The translations under genes and the position numbers were made by a program. From NCBI GenBank assembly GCA_000004985.1, contig GG738893.1: a DNA stretch of 64,000 nucleotides; one strand, 5' to 3'. The notes beneath the pieces were generated by a model. The model searched no databases. It was not told the origin of the DNA and saw only the letters and a program-made list of their open reading frames with translations. Each line of letters starts with the position of its first letter. Position 1 is the stretch's first letter. This document shows, in pieces, positions 21,719 through 32,751 of the stretch. The DNA is from Naegleria gruberi (Eukaryota).

Positions 21719-23725
21719 TTAAAATACAAAGGATTCAGTTCTAATGTTATTTTCTGGATATTTGAGTTCTTTAAGCCAATTTCGAATAGAATTCATAAAT
21801 TGAGGAGGTCCACAAAGATAAATTATTGGAATTTCTGAATTGCTGATATTGGAAGCACCTTGTAGAGCTTGTGCAACATCATTAGAATTAATTCTTCTAT
21901 TGAAAATTGAATAATTATTCTCTGCATGTGTAGCATGTCTGGTGGAATCAAAAACTTGTAAACTTGAAACTCTTTCATCATTTCTGAAAGATTTGGTAAA
22001 TTCGGCTTCACTTCCTCTTCCAGAATAGAGAACAGATAACTTGACATTAGATTTACATTCCTGTAAGGCAGACCACATGGAAAGGAATGGAGTTATTCCA
22101 ACTCCGGCAGCTATCCAAATCATATTTGGAGTTTCCACTCGATTGGTTTCCTTTTCAAAACATGTGAAATTTCCACCAACTCCAATCAATTTCAAACTCA
22201 ATTCAGAAACATTGGAATGTAGCAATGGAGTGACAGCTCCATTTTCCACTAATTTGATAGTGCATGAAATAAAATTGGAAGATTCAAATTTGGTGGTTTC
22301 AGTTGTTTCGTCAATTAAGGGAGATGAAGAAATGGTCCAAGTTCTAATGAGATCATCATTGAGTGATTTTGGATTTAAATTATTCATATGTTGATACTTT
22401 TTTTGAATAATTTCACTAAAATCAAATAATGCATAAGATCCTGGCTGATACTTGATTGGAAATTCCAATTTAAATGTAAACTTGGAAATGAGGGGAGTTA
22501 ATTTTTCAACAGACCAAAGTTTAGCTTGATTGGAAGGAATGTGTTGCTCATTTTCAACATGAGTCGATTGATATACTTCTCCTTTCACATGACGAATTGG
22601 TGGATTGTAAGGAGAATATTGATCTGAACCTTCTTGTTTCAAATTCAATCCTTGTTTTACAAATACATGACCTGTCACTCTAATTCTTGTAATCAAAGTG
22701 ACTCGTGGCATGATTTCTTCAGCTTGTTCATCGAATAGATTCTCTGCATCACCAGTAATGTACAACATGTCACCAGTCTGGAAGTTTGGAATTACTAGAC
22801 CAGCAACTCTATCAGATTGTACATTTCCTAAAGATTGATAGAATCTATTACCTGAATAATCTGGTATTACAACATAGGATTGGCCATTTTCATTGTAAAC
22901 TCGGCAAAATCCTGGATTTCCTCCTCTGTGGTTGACTCCAATATCTGAATCTGAATCTTGAGAGATGTGTCGTGTGGAAATGAAGATTGTACTTGCTTGG
23001 TGGATGTGGAATGTTTCTTCTGGTTCTAAAGTAGTGGAATTTGGAGAATCAATTGCAAGTTGAGGAGTTCTTTCCACATACGAAAGCTTTCGAATAGTGA
23101 TATATTTTGGACAGTTTCCCAAGCTTTCATTTGTTTGAATGTCCAAGTTGATGAACTGATTCTTGTACTGGCTAGAATTAATCAATCCACTAACCTTATT
23201 TCTTCTCCTATTACTAAAATCAATACCAAGACCAGCAAAGTATCTAATAGAATTATCCAATTCTCCAAAACAATTGCCAAATGGATCTCCAACTGACAAT
23301 TTTGCCCTAATCGACATTCTACTTCCCTTCTTAATCTTTACAATATCCTCTTCTTCTGCATTTCCAACAATAATACTTGTCCATGGCCTTTGAAATTCAT
23401 CCAATGTGGCCACAACAAAATAACTCAATTGGGAAAAGAATACTTGATGTTGCAAAGGCATTTCGTCTTCAATAAAATCTGGTAATTGACTAGAAACTTG
23501 AAGAGGAACTTGTCTTTTCATTTGGACGAATAATTCGCCCTTGTGTTGTGTGTGATTTTTCAATATCATGTTAAATTGCTGTTGTGTTGTTGTTTTGTTT
23601 TTTTTTGTTTGTTTTGTGAAATTAATAGATTGGAATTTCAATCTTTTGATTGGTTGGAATTTCAAAAATAGAAAAAACGAGGGAAAATAGTGCGTCCTGT
23701 GTGAGAGGTCTTTTTTGTTGGTCAA
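21719..23725 (-). CDS. FAD/NAD(P)-binding oxidoreductase (ferredoxin-NADP reductase-type C-terminal domain) with an N-terminal FMN-binding split-barrel-like domain
   Basis: 668-aa ORF. The C-terminal half has 'RTWTISSSP' (RxYS-type FAD motif), 'IAAGVGITPF' (GGxGxxP-like) and 'LYSGRGSEAEF...IIYLCGPP'. The N-terminal part 'FVVATLDEFQRPWTSIIVG' resembles a PNPOx-like split barrel. Confidence 0.7.
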   Translation of the reverse strand: MTNKKDLSHRTHYFPSFFLFLKFQPIKRLKFQSINFTKQTKKNKTTTQQQFNMILKNHTQHKGELFVQMKRQVPLQVSSQLPDFIEDEMPLQHQVFFSQLSYFVVATLDEFQRPWTSIIVGNAEEEDIVKIKKGSRMSIRAKLSVGDPFGNCFGELDNSIRYFAGLGIDFSNRRRNKVSGLINSSQYKNQFINLDIQTNESLGNCPKYITIRKLSYVERTPQLAIDSPNSTTLEPEETFHIHQASTIFISTRHISQDSDSDIGVNHRGGNPGFCRVYNENGQSYVVIPDYSGNRFYQSLGNVQSDRVAGLVIPNFQTGDMLYITGDAENLFDEQAEEIMPRVTLITRIRVTGHVFVKQGLNLKQEGSDQYSPYNPPIRHVKGEVYQSTHVENEQHIPSNQAKLWSVEKLTPLISKFTFKLEFPIKYQPGSYALFDFSEIIQKKYQHMNNLNPKSLNDDLIRTWTISSSPLIDETTETTKFESSNFISCTIKLVENGAVTPLLHSNVSELSLKLIGVGGNFTCFEKETNRVETPNMIWIAAGVGITPFLSMWSALQECKSNVKLSVLYSGRGSEAEFTKSFRNDERVSSLQVFDSTRHATHAENNYSIFNRRINSNDVAQALQGASNISNSEIPIIYLCGPPQFMNSIRNWLKELKYPENNIRTESFVF

Positions 23726-23910
23726 CTTCCGTGAAGGTAAATGAAAAATTTGGAATAAAACAATAGTTTTTCAATTTTTGATCCACCACCTTATTCATTT
23801 CAAGAATTTTCTCATTTGAATGAGGTTTATTGGATTCATCCACACACGGTCGAGTAACCACTCACACGTAGGCATTAGATGATATTCCAATATCCATAAT
23901 TACTTCCATT

Positions 23911-24546
23911 CTAATTCTTGTAATCATTACAAGTCTTACTATCAATACAGAACATTTCAATGTCCTTTCCTAATGCTTCATTACTTGTAGTATTGCAAGT
24001 TTTCATAGCAACTTGACACTTATCTTCACATGGGTACAAATTACGGATATAATTTGTCTTTTGAACACATAATGGAAAAACAGCATGACAAACAATGGAA
24101 TGAACCAATTCTTGACATTGCTTTGATGGTGTTTGACCATTGGCATTATCCCAATTCATTAAATTATAGTATAAAGCAGCAACCTTATCAGCATTTCTAG
24201 CACCAACTGCTTCAGTTTCTGTTGTCTTATTCCATTCAGGAATGGTAGTCAAATAATTCACTCTATCATGACAAAAATTCAAAGATTGTTGATTAATTTC
24301 GGAATCAATCAATTCACAAGTTTTAGCAGAAGAAGCGCTTCCGATAGCAAAAGAGCGAGAAAGAGAATTTCTAATTCTATCAGACAAACTGTGGGACGAT
24401 CCAATCATGAAGAACAAGCATAATATCATCATCATGATGACAAAAATTCGTGATGAGGCAATTTGGCGCATTTTTTTTCGGGTGGAATATCCAAGAACTT
24501 GTAAAAGTGAACCAAAAAATCTATTACGGAGAATTTTATTAAGCAA
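23911..24546 (-). CDS. Cys-rich secreted or membrane protein of unknown function (10-Cys domain)
   Basis: 211-aa ORF with an N-terminal hydrophobic segment 'IFVIMMMILCLFFMIGSSHS'. Ten cysteines are arranged 'C..C...C...C..PLC...PC..C...C...C..C', loosely reminiscent of Frizzled-type CRDs. There is no sequence-level identity claim. Confidence 0.45.
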   Translation of the reverse strand: MLNKILRNRFFGSLLQVLGYSTRKKMRQIASSRIFVIMMMILCLFFMIGSSHSLSDRIRNSLSRSFAIGSASSAKTCELIDSEINQQSLNFCHDRVNYLTTIPEWNKTTETEAVGARNADKVAALYYNLMNWDNANGQTPSKQCQELVHSIVCHAVFPLCVQKTNYIRNLYPCEDKCQVAMKTCNTTSNEALGKDIEMFCIDSKTCNDYKN

Positions 24547-24607
24547 AATCTTAATCTTTTTGTAATTAAATAATTAAATATATATTGAATTAATAATTTT
24601 AAAAAAA

Positions 24608-26380
24608 ATGCCGTGTATGTATGATTGGGTTCCTGAAGATTATTTTGAATCCATACAAAACGGAAGACAATTAGAAAAATTTATTCATTCACTATTCTTT
24701 ATTACAAGAAATGATGTTGATCAAGATGATGATCGATATGGTGATGATCAATATACTGTATTGGGAAGGCAATTGTTATCATTAAATTTTCGGAAGGAGA
24801 ATGGTTGTAAGAATAACATTGGGAAAATTAGAATGAGCTTGGGTTGTCGGAAGGAAATTAATCGTCTGATTGATATTGATGAGTTTGGATACTTGATGGT
24901 ATTGAATGAATATTTGGGAATTATTGAGGTTGATTCACAAATTGGATCGGAGAGTTCAGCTACATTGAGAGTAGAGGATGGTGAGGTGTTGGAGAAATTA
25001 GCAAATTCTATTGTGTTCGGAAGTGAGAAAGTGAGAGAATGTAGTAATGTTGAAAACAAAGTTCCATTGGGGCACTATGAGAAATTCATTAGAAACCATG
25101 CCATATGTTCTGTATTTGAATTTATTGGAACGAAGGAATTGATTGAATCATGCTCGAATGTTTGTAAAAGTTGGAATGAGATTATATTGGATGATAGAAA
25201 TAATATAGAGCAGATTTTTGGAAATAGATTTAAGAACAATTCTCAAAAATTAGGACTTGATTTAGATTTTGAAGCAATTAGAGAAGGTTATATTAATATG
25301 AATTGGATGGAGATATACATGATGAGTGGGATGTTTCATTTAGAAATTAATCCAGAATATTCAAGTTGGCTCAGAACAGAAGATCAATTCCTTACTCTTT
25401 TGTTTTTGAATCCATTAATTTTCTTAGATTTACCTCCTAATCATTGTTTAATTGAACGATTCTGTAATTATAAGCGTGTTTTGATTTTATCAGAATCAAG
25501 ACCTACCTTGGAATTAATTCAAAGATACAAGTCAAGGCGCTTCATTAACTCTTTACTTCATCATTCTAATTCCAAAACTGCTATTCAGAATATTTTACAA
25601 ACTCCTGTTATTTTCCCTTTTCATGGTAAGGTATTCTCAATTGATTTTGAATCAGAAATACCTATCTATCTGGATTTTTTGAAAGACATTACTTCAACAT
25701 TATCATCAATTATTGAAAAAACCCATTCAGTGAAAATTGCAACATTTCTAGATAAGATGGTGGAAAAGGCACACGAATATTTGCAACATTTTTCAACTAT
25801 CAGCAATTATAGAGTGGGAAAGGATATTGTAATTGGTCTACATTTGATTTTCTTGGATAGATATTATATGGGAGACAATCTTCTATCATCTCCAAATCTC
25901 AATTTTGGAAAATTATTGAAGAACTTGAACAATAATCAAGTCCAATTGTTTGAATCTGATTCATTTTCTACTGATTTATTGTCTGATTTAGTTACATCTC
26001 TGCAAGACCAAACTAACCAACCCAATCAAACATGGCTTCCCTCTCCAAACTCACCATTCAAACATCAATTTAATGCTTTTGAATTCCTCCAAGAGCACAC
26101 CTTTGAGCTGAGCTCAGTGTCTGAATCAATTTCTAAATTAAGCGAACAACATTTACAACTCCTACAAAAAGACGACATCTCCTTCCCTAACAAAAACTCA
26201 GACCTCATCCTCCACTATCATCTTCTCCATCCACAACACTACATTCATGATTGTTCCAGATTGCTGCCCAACAACTCGATCAAATTTCATGATTTTAACT
26301 TTCTTTACCATCACAACCCTCACTTTTTCTACAACCATCACAGTTGGACAGACAATACAAAGAAACACCATGAAAAATAA
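24608..26380 (+). CDS. Hypothetical protein (possible F-box-like motif)
   Basis: 590-aa uninterrupted ORF with codon usage like its neighbours. A weak F-box-like segment is 'HAICSVFEFIGTKELIESCSNVCKSWNEII'. The C-terminus is His-rich. Confidence 0.5.
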   Translation: MPCMYDWVPEDYFESIQNGRQLEKFIHSLFFITRNDVDQDDDRYGDDQYTVLGRQLLSLNFRKENGCKNNIGKIRMSLGCRKEINRLIDIDEFGYLMVLNEYLGIIEVDSQIGSESSATLRVEDGEVLEKLANSIVFGSEKVRECSNVENKVPLGHYEKFIRNHAICSVFEFIGTKELIESCSNVCKSWNEIILDDRNNIEQIFGNRFKNNSQKLGLDLDFEAIREGYINMNWMEIYMMSGMFHLEINPEYSSWLRTEDQFLTLLFLNPLIFLDLPPNHCLIERFCNYKRVLILSESRPTLELIQRYKSRRFINSLLHHSNSKTAIQNILQTPVIFPFHGKVFSIDFESEIPIYLDFLKDITSTLSSIIEKTHSVKIATFLDKMVEKAHEYLQHFSTISNYRVGKDIVIGLHLIFLDRYYMGDNLLSSPNLNFGKLLKNLNNNQVQLFESDSFSTDLLSDLVTSLQDQTNQPNQTWLPSPNSPFKHQFNAFEFLQEHTFELSSVSESISKLSEQHLQLLQKDDISFPNKNSDLILHYHLLHPQHYIHDCSRLLPNNSIKFHDFNFLYHHNPHFFYNHHSWTDNTKKHHEK

Positions 26381-26488
26381 ATTTATTCCACTCTCAATCT
26401 AATTTCTCAATCAACAACTTTCACATCCCAACGAATACTTTTTCTTTCAAATGCAATTTTCTTTAAAAAATCATAAAAAATTGCTAAA

Positions 26489-28939
26489 ATGTTATCTTCG
26501 ACGTCGGTTGAGAGTTCTACTGCTGATCGATCATCAGGAAATGGTAGTGCTACCCTCTCGTATGATGAACAAGATCCGTGGAAGGGATGGACTGTGCAAG
26601 ATGTTCAACAAATGCGAGAACAACAATTGAGAGAATTTTGTAGAGAAGTGATGATAATGGCTTCATCAGAAATTCCTTCACAAGATTTGAGACGTGCTGT
26701 TTGGAAGGTAGGTTTTTAAAACAATGTCTTGGATTTTATAGTGGTGATCAATATTAATTTGTATTCCTTTGTTGATGCGGAATTACTTTTGATCATGAAT
26801 TATATATTATTTAATAATATTATAATTCATTGTTATTATTATTGTTGTTGGATGTGGACGTTGTGAAAATAACAGAAATTACTTTATAGTAAAGTGGCTC
26901 CTTCAAGCTTGAAAGAGCAAGACTTTGAAAATGTTTCCTGGAGTGATGTTAGCAGAGAAGATTTAAAACAACATCTTTCATCAATAACCACAACACTCTC
27001 TGATGAAGTAGTAGAAAAGACGTACAAGATACTTTCTTTCCATCATCAATTTATGAAAGAAAAGTTTGATAAAGCAAATACTCCATCAAGTACTATTGCA
27101 CCAAACATTATTGAACACATTCTCTCCTACAGACCAGATATGGGTCGATTTGTCTATCACTTTATTAATTGTGTTGATGATGGATCGGAAAAGATGAATC
27201 TATCAGAATTATTTCCAATGGTTTATATCATGTTAAATCAATACTTTAAACCACTTGATTCAAGGAAGAATATTGCTTCATTGACAACAGCAACCGATTC
27301 AAAGATTGGATATTTATTGGATTGTTTCGATCAAATGTTTAGACTTTTGGTTCAATATCATGATCCTGATTTACAACTTCATTTCGATAGACACAGATTG
27401 GAAGTTATTATAGATGAAATTATTCCTTGGTCCAAATCTTTATTATTTGATTTTATTGCTTCATCTATTACTGATGCTTCTGAATTGAAACAAACACTAA
27501 CTTATTTGCTTGATATTTTGATTATTGAACGTGATCCTGTCATGTACACATTCTTGATTATTTCTATTCTAGTGAGAGATCGTAGTAATATTATGGCTCT
27601 TGACATTCCAGAAGAACTCAGATCATATTGTCAAGCTGGACTCTCATCAAAGGAAAAACAACAAATTATCAAGAGCAAAATGGATATTTTCTCACTCTAC
27701 TTGGAAGCCAAGAATTTGGAAAAGGAAACACCAACCAGTGCTAGAAATCAATTACAATCTATTTATCAAGCTTCTTTTGAAGCTAAGTTTGACACAATGA
27801 AGCAACTCTTGCAAGAAAGTGTTATTCTTCCACTTCCAGCTACTGAAATTGCCGACTGCTTTACTAAGGACAAAACCAGACAACAACAAAGATCACAAAA
27901 CTCCAAGGTCAAATATCTTGTCATTGATTGTAGAAGTGTAAAGAGCTTCCAATATGCAAGACTACCAACAGCCATTCATGTTGGAACACGTGTTGGTTAT
28001 GATAATGACAAGATGAAGGCCATTCTCTCCAAGTTTGAAGATGCCAAAGGATCTCACTTTGTTATTTTTGGTACAGGAAGAAAGTTGCCAGAAGAGGAAA
28101 ATTTATTACGAGTTATTGCTATGAAGTTTGTTACAGGTGGATTCCCTCATATTTCTATTGCTGTTGATGGATTCAAAGGGTGTATCAAATATATGACCTC
28201 TAATTTGATTGAATATGTCAAGGATGAAACTTTAGAAAACACTAAAACATCCTCAGCTGAGGAATGGACAAGTAAGGTTTCTGAAACTATTTTCTCATGG
28301 GGTAAGAAGGCAATTGGTGACATTGAAGAATATGTAAAGGAGAAGAAACTTGTGGAACAAGCTTTGACAAAACTCAATAGTAACAAGGAAAGTGCCCTTT
28401 CTACACTCAATTCTTTGAAGAATATGGAAAAAAAACTGGAAAAGACTTTGGAAAAGAGGATTAAACCAGTCTTTTCACTTGGTGACAATGATTCTGATGA
28501 TGATATTTCCACCTCTCCAACAAGTGTTGAAAGTACAGAGGCCACCACTGTCAAATTGGATGATTTGTCCAAACTTGGAGACAATATCAAATTATTTACT
28601 CTCCAATTGAAGAAGAATAAGGAAACAAGATATCTCGCCATTGGAGACAATTTAATAATGTGTCTGAAACCTCATCCACAACTTTTCCAAAGTGGAATCA
28701 TTCAATGGAAGAGAACATTGAGGCAAGTATGCAAGCTAACCTTTAAAAAGACAGATGCAACATCTCTTACTTTCACACTCAAAGGATTCCCAAATACTCT
28801 TTCCTATACTCCTCAACCTCAATCTACAACAGATAACTCACCACCTCCAAGCTTTACTGAACAATTCACCACTGACAAGGCAACGGAAATTATTAATTTG
28901 GTGCAAGGAAATATCAAGAAACTGAAAGAAAATAAATAA
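26489..28939 (+). CDS. TBC/RabGAP-like domain protein with C-terminal rhodanese-like and PH-like regions (TBCK-type architecture without kinase). Exon 1 is 26489..26707; exon 2 starts around 26918 and ends at 28939 (junction uncertain).
   Basis: Exon 1 ends 'SSEIPSQDLRRAVWK' (TBC RxxxW motif) with a strong donor AAG|GTAGGT. Exon 2 has 'LIIERDPVMYTF' (IxxDxxR-like, but no Arg), 'SYCQAGLS' (the YxQ glutamine-finger motif), and a rhodanese-like 'VIDCRSVKSFQYARLPTAIHVG...HFVIFGTGRK' lacking the catalytic Cys. Confidence 0.55.
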
Positions 28940-29024
28940 TTTATTGTTGTGTGATTTTAGAATGTTGACAATAACTTAACACAACCACTTCCAGTCTCTG
29001 CTCGAAATTAGCCAAACAAAAAAA

Positions 29025-30044
29025 ATGTCACAACTTACCAATGAAGAGATTTTTGATCCTCCAACTAAAAAGATTAAACTGTCTCGTTCGGAAGACAATA
29101 TCATGCCAAATGTCATTATATTACTGGATCGATCACTTGGTGATTCATTGTTATGGGAAGTTTATCAGGAAACAATTGAAAGAGATTTGAATGAATTTGT
29201 TATATTGCAATTGATGAAAGATTATGGCAGTTTCTTCAACATTAAGATAATGAAAACCCTTCCTCATTTAGTGGCATTTGAAAAGATGTGCAGGGAGAGG
29301 AGTGTCATTTACGAACTGATAAGGGAAGGATTACTCTATGAATCAATTAATGGTAACTTCTTTAGGGCTTCTAGCTTTTTCCAGAAATATTACAATATTA
29401 AGCAATTGTTATTTTCTAAACATGCATTCGAAACTGAGGATCAGTACAAGAAGTTTATAATGAATGTCATTGATTATGATAGAGAGGGAATAATTTATGA
29501 TATTGTTTCTGATTCAATAAGGGATGATTTAGAATTTGTGTTGAGAGCTACCTTAATATGTCCCAAAATACTGTACAAATATCCAGAAAGATTTCTCAAT
29601 TTACAATTTGCATTGGAATATTCAATGAGAGAGCATCCAAGAACTGTCATGAAGACCTTCTTGAAAGATAATGAATCTCCAATCCTAGAATTGGAGGAAT
29701 ATCAAGCAGTTAACAAGTTCAAGGAAGAATCCAGTACATTTATGAGTGCAAGAAGATTCGTAGAGAATGGTTCTAATCTAAGATATTCATTTTACAATGA
29801 TGATCCCCTTCCTAAACTTCCACATGACTTGAATCCATCTCGTTATATGACCAGGATAATTGATTTCGAAGTAATTGAGGAGCTATGTTATTATTTTAAC
29901 ATAGAAGTACCTGCAAAGCTGGGTCCAACAGATTATAGATATACCATACAAGGTATATTCAAAGCTGGATTAGATATAAAATGTCTGGCCTATCCGCAAG
30001 TGGTTAGAAATTTGGGTTTAATATTGGGATATTTGTACAAGTAA
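29025..30044 (+). CDS. Hypothetical protein
   Basis: 339-aa uninterrupted ORF with coding-like composition and no recognisable motif. Confidence 0.5.
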   Translation: MSQLTNEEIFDPPTKKIKLSRSEDNIMPNVIILLDRSLGDSLLWEVYQETIERDLNEFVILQLMKDYGSFFNIKIMKTLPHLVAFEKMCRERSVIYELIREGLLYESINGNFFRASSFFQKYYNIKQLLFSKHAFETEDQYKKFIMNVIDYDREGIIYDIVSDSIRDDLEFVLRATLICPKILYKYPERFLNLQFALEYSMREHPRTVMKTFLKDNESPILELEEYQAVNKFKEESSTFMSARRFVENGSNLRYSFYNDDPLPKLPHDLNPSRYMTRIIDFEVIEELCYYFNIEVPAKLGPTDYRYTIQGIFKAGLDIKCLAYPQVVRNLGLILGYLYK

Positions 30045-30048
30045 TAAA

Positions 30049-31983
30049 TTATGAAATTAACTTTTTGAGAACTGCTGCTTTTGTAAAGCCACCTGTCAAA
30101 ATGCCAGTTGTGGTGCAGGCACTAGCTGCTTTGACGTATTCAGTTCCCTCCTTGACATATTCATTGGCCTGTTGAATGTTCTTTTCGATAATGTTGAGTC
30201 CTTGACCTTGTTCTCTAATGAGGAAATTCATTTGTTCGTACATTTCATGAAGTTCAGCGTAATCCTTTTCCACAGCTTCCAACTCTGCCTTTGTTTCAAG
30301 GGCAATCTTCTTTTCCATTTCAATAGTTTCTGCATCGGCAGTACTGAGAATGAATTGAATCTTTTGTTGTTGATCTTGCTCCTTCTTGTGTTGGAGTTCC
30401 ATTTGCTTCTCTTCGTACTTTCTCACCAAGTGATCTGGATTGGTTGCACCCGAATCTCTAGCTCCAGCCATGATGGCTTGCATGAATTGCTTCTTTTTCA
30501 TAACTTGTTCCTCCTTCTTTCTGGCATTTCTATCCACCTTACCTTCTTTTGCTGTGGCAACGGTAGGTGAAGGAATTTCAAGAGATTTCTCTTTAGATTT
30601 CTTGGAAGTTTGTTGAGTGGTAGAAGCTCCTGTTTGATATAATACATGGTCCATTAACTCGTCAAATTCCAACATTCTTTCACTTCTCTTCTTTTTGTGA
30701 TGTCTTTCAATCTTTTGGCGTTTCTTTAAAAAGTTTTGGTATTGCTTGTCAATGTTCTCGAATTGTATTTTAAGTTTTGTTAGTTTCATAATGGTTAATT
30801 TACAGTTAGTGACCTGAGGTAATTTCTTGCTCAGTTTTGGAATAAACTTGTCCAGTAATTCCCTCTTCTTCTCAGCTTTTGAAATACATGATTGAATGGA
30901 ATTTCTAATCTTTTCAGTGTCGTTTTCAAAGTGTTCCCACTTGCTCAAGAGAGCTTCCAGTTTGTTAACCTTCTCTCCAAACATTTGAATATCCATAGCC
31001 ATAACATAGAGCAATTTGAATTGTTGTTTGGTTTTGGTAAATTCCTTCTCGCCTTCTATTTGAATAAGATTGGGTCCACTATTCGAAAACAAGTGATCCT
31101 CTCCCATGCTTGTCGTATTGGCTGATTGAAAATTCACATCATCAAAATTGAAACTCGATTCCAGAGTTGGTGTGCCGAGTGGATCAGCACCAAACCATCT
31201 GGATTTTCTCTTTTGAGCTGCATCATTGTCGAGAGGACATGCATGCTCTTCCTCTTCCTGTGGTGGTAAATCGAAATGTGGTTTGTGATCTGATTTCTTC
31301 TTTGGATGATGATCACCATTGCTTGCTGTCGTCAATGCAACAGCACCAGGTACAGGTGAAGAAGTATTACTCTTATCAGGTGATTCATTTCTCTCAGCAC
31401 CACCTTTCTTCTTCTTCTTTCCAATACCCAATTTAGAAGCCTCCTTCTCTGTAGCTCCAAAATTCAAAGGTTTCACATCCACCTGAATACTTCCACAAAT
31501 TCCATCAGTAAAAATCGAACTCCTTGTCAAGTCAGCAATTGAAGGAGCTTCCAAATCCAACTCCAACGAAGTAATATTTCCAAAATTAAATTGATTCAAA
31601 TGATCAATCGTACAAAATCCAATCGTCTCTCCATTCCTCTCCTTATCATGAACATAAATTTGTATGATATCCCGATTCGGATTCTCCAAGCCTAACAAGA
31701 AGGTCTGATTAAAGGAGGGATTTAAATTATTTCTCTTAGCCTTGGTCCTCTGTTTATAAACTCCATTCACCTTGATCATCAGATAGGGAGAAACCTCCAC
31801 TTGATTGGTCTGCTGGAGCGACGAGGCATCAATCGAGACTTTTTCTATGGTTAATTCGAGCTGGAAAAATTCGGCGGGAGAATTTCCGTTAGCATTGTTG
31901 GCGCCATTTTTTATTTGCGTTAGAAAATTCTGTTCACCCTCGCTGATGAGTCCGTGAAGGTGGTTGGTTCGACTCTTGAACAT
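30049..31983 (-). CDS. C2-domain-like N-terminus plus long coiled-coil protein with a C-terminal SNARE-like heptad segment
   Basis: 644-aa ORF. The N-terminal part 'YLMIKVNGVYKQRTKAKRNNLNPSFNQTFLLGL...IQIYVHDKERNGETIGFCTIDH' resembles a C2 domain. The central K/E-rich region is coiled coil. The C-terminus 'IEKNIQQANEYVKEGTEYVKAA' resembles a syntaxin-type SNARE motif but has no TM segment. Confidence 0.6.
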   Translation of the reverse strand: MFKSRTNHLHGLISEGEQNFLTQIKNGANNANGNSPAEFFQLELTIEKVSIDASSLQQTNQVEVSPYLMIKVNGVYKQRTKAKRNNLNPSFNQTFLLGLENPNRDIIQIYVHDKERNGETIGFCTIDHLNQFNFGNITSLELDLEAPSIADLTRSSIFTDGICGSIQVDVKPLNFGATEKEASKLGIGKKKKKGGAERNESPDKSNTSSPVPGAVALTTASNGDHHPKKKSDHKPHFDLPPQEEEEHACPLDNDAAQKRKSRWFGADPLGTPTLESSFNFDDVNFQSANTTSMGEDHLFSNSGPNLIQIEGEKEFTKTKQQFKLLYVMAMDIQMFGEKVNKLEALLSKWEHFENDTEKIRNSIQSCISKAEKKRELLDKFIPKLSKKLPQVTNCKLTIMKLTKLKIQFENIDKQYQNFLKKRQKIERHHKKKRSERMLEFDELMDHVLYQTGASTTQQTSKKSKEKSLEIPSPTVATAKEGKVDRNARKKEEQVMKKKQFMQAIMAGARDSGATNPDHLVRKYEEKQMELQHKKEQDQQQKIQFILSTADAETIEMEKKIALETKAELEAVEKDYAELHEMYEQMNFLIREQGQGLNIIEKNIQQANEYVKEGTEYVKAASACTTTGILTGGFTKAAVLKKLIS

Positions 31984-32751
31984 GGGATGATGTGATTTTT
32001 TAAAGATATTTGAAGTTTGGATAGATGATGATGGGTTGTGTGATAAATTGGTGTAGAGGTATTTTTTTTAAATTTTTTGTCATTTCTAAAAATAAAGTTT
32101 GACATTTAGATTTTTTTATATTAGAAACTGACACGGTAAAGATAATCGATTACCGTGTTTCAGTAATTATGAGTGTTGAAAATTATGAAGTCAATAAGAA
32201 TGCACGAAGTTGTTGCACTTAGAAAACTATTCGAATAGTTCCAGTTTCCAATCATTTAATGTTTCGAATAAAAATATTGGTAAAAAACTTCATGTTGCAA
32301 GAATGGTTACGAAACAGCCACCGTGACATGACCAACCAAGAAACCTCGTATCACTTTAGGTTGGATTCCAAAAGAAACTTAATCGAAACCAAAAAGTCAG
32401 GTGGCTGAAATAAATGGACGATGTTCGTCAACATTCAAGCCAAAACTCCTTCCTACATTAACACTTTTCATTTAAAAAAAAATTAAAGCACAAACAATCG
32501 CCCACACTATACGAAACGCCTCTATTCGAAACAAGTGACACTCTACTAAATTCTTCAAGTAGAAGAATATATCTGCATCACTCCCTAGCGCTAGATCACC
32601 ACTCTCTCGATCGCCTTCCCGCAATCCATTCTCCAACACTTGCTTTCGAATAACTTTAATGTACATAATATAACACAATAATCAAAAACAACAACAAATA
32701 TATACAAAAAAACAACAATATATAATAACAATACATATAAAAATATAGAAA

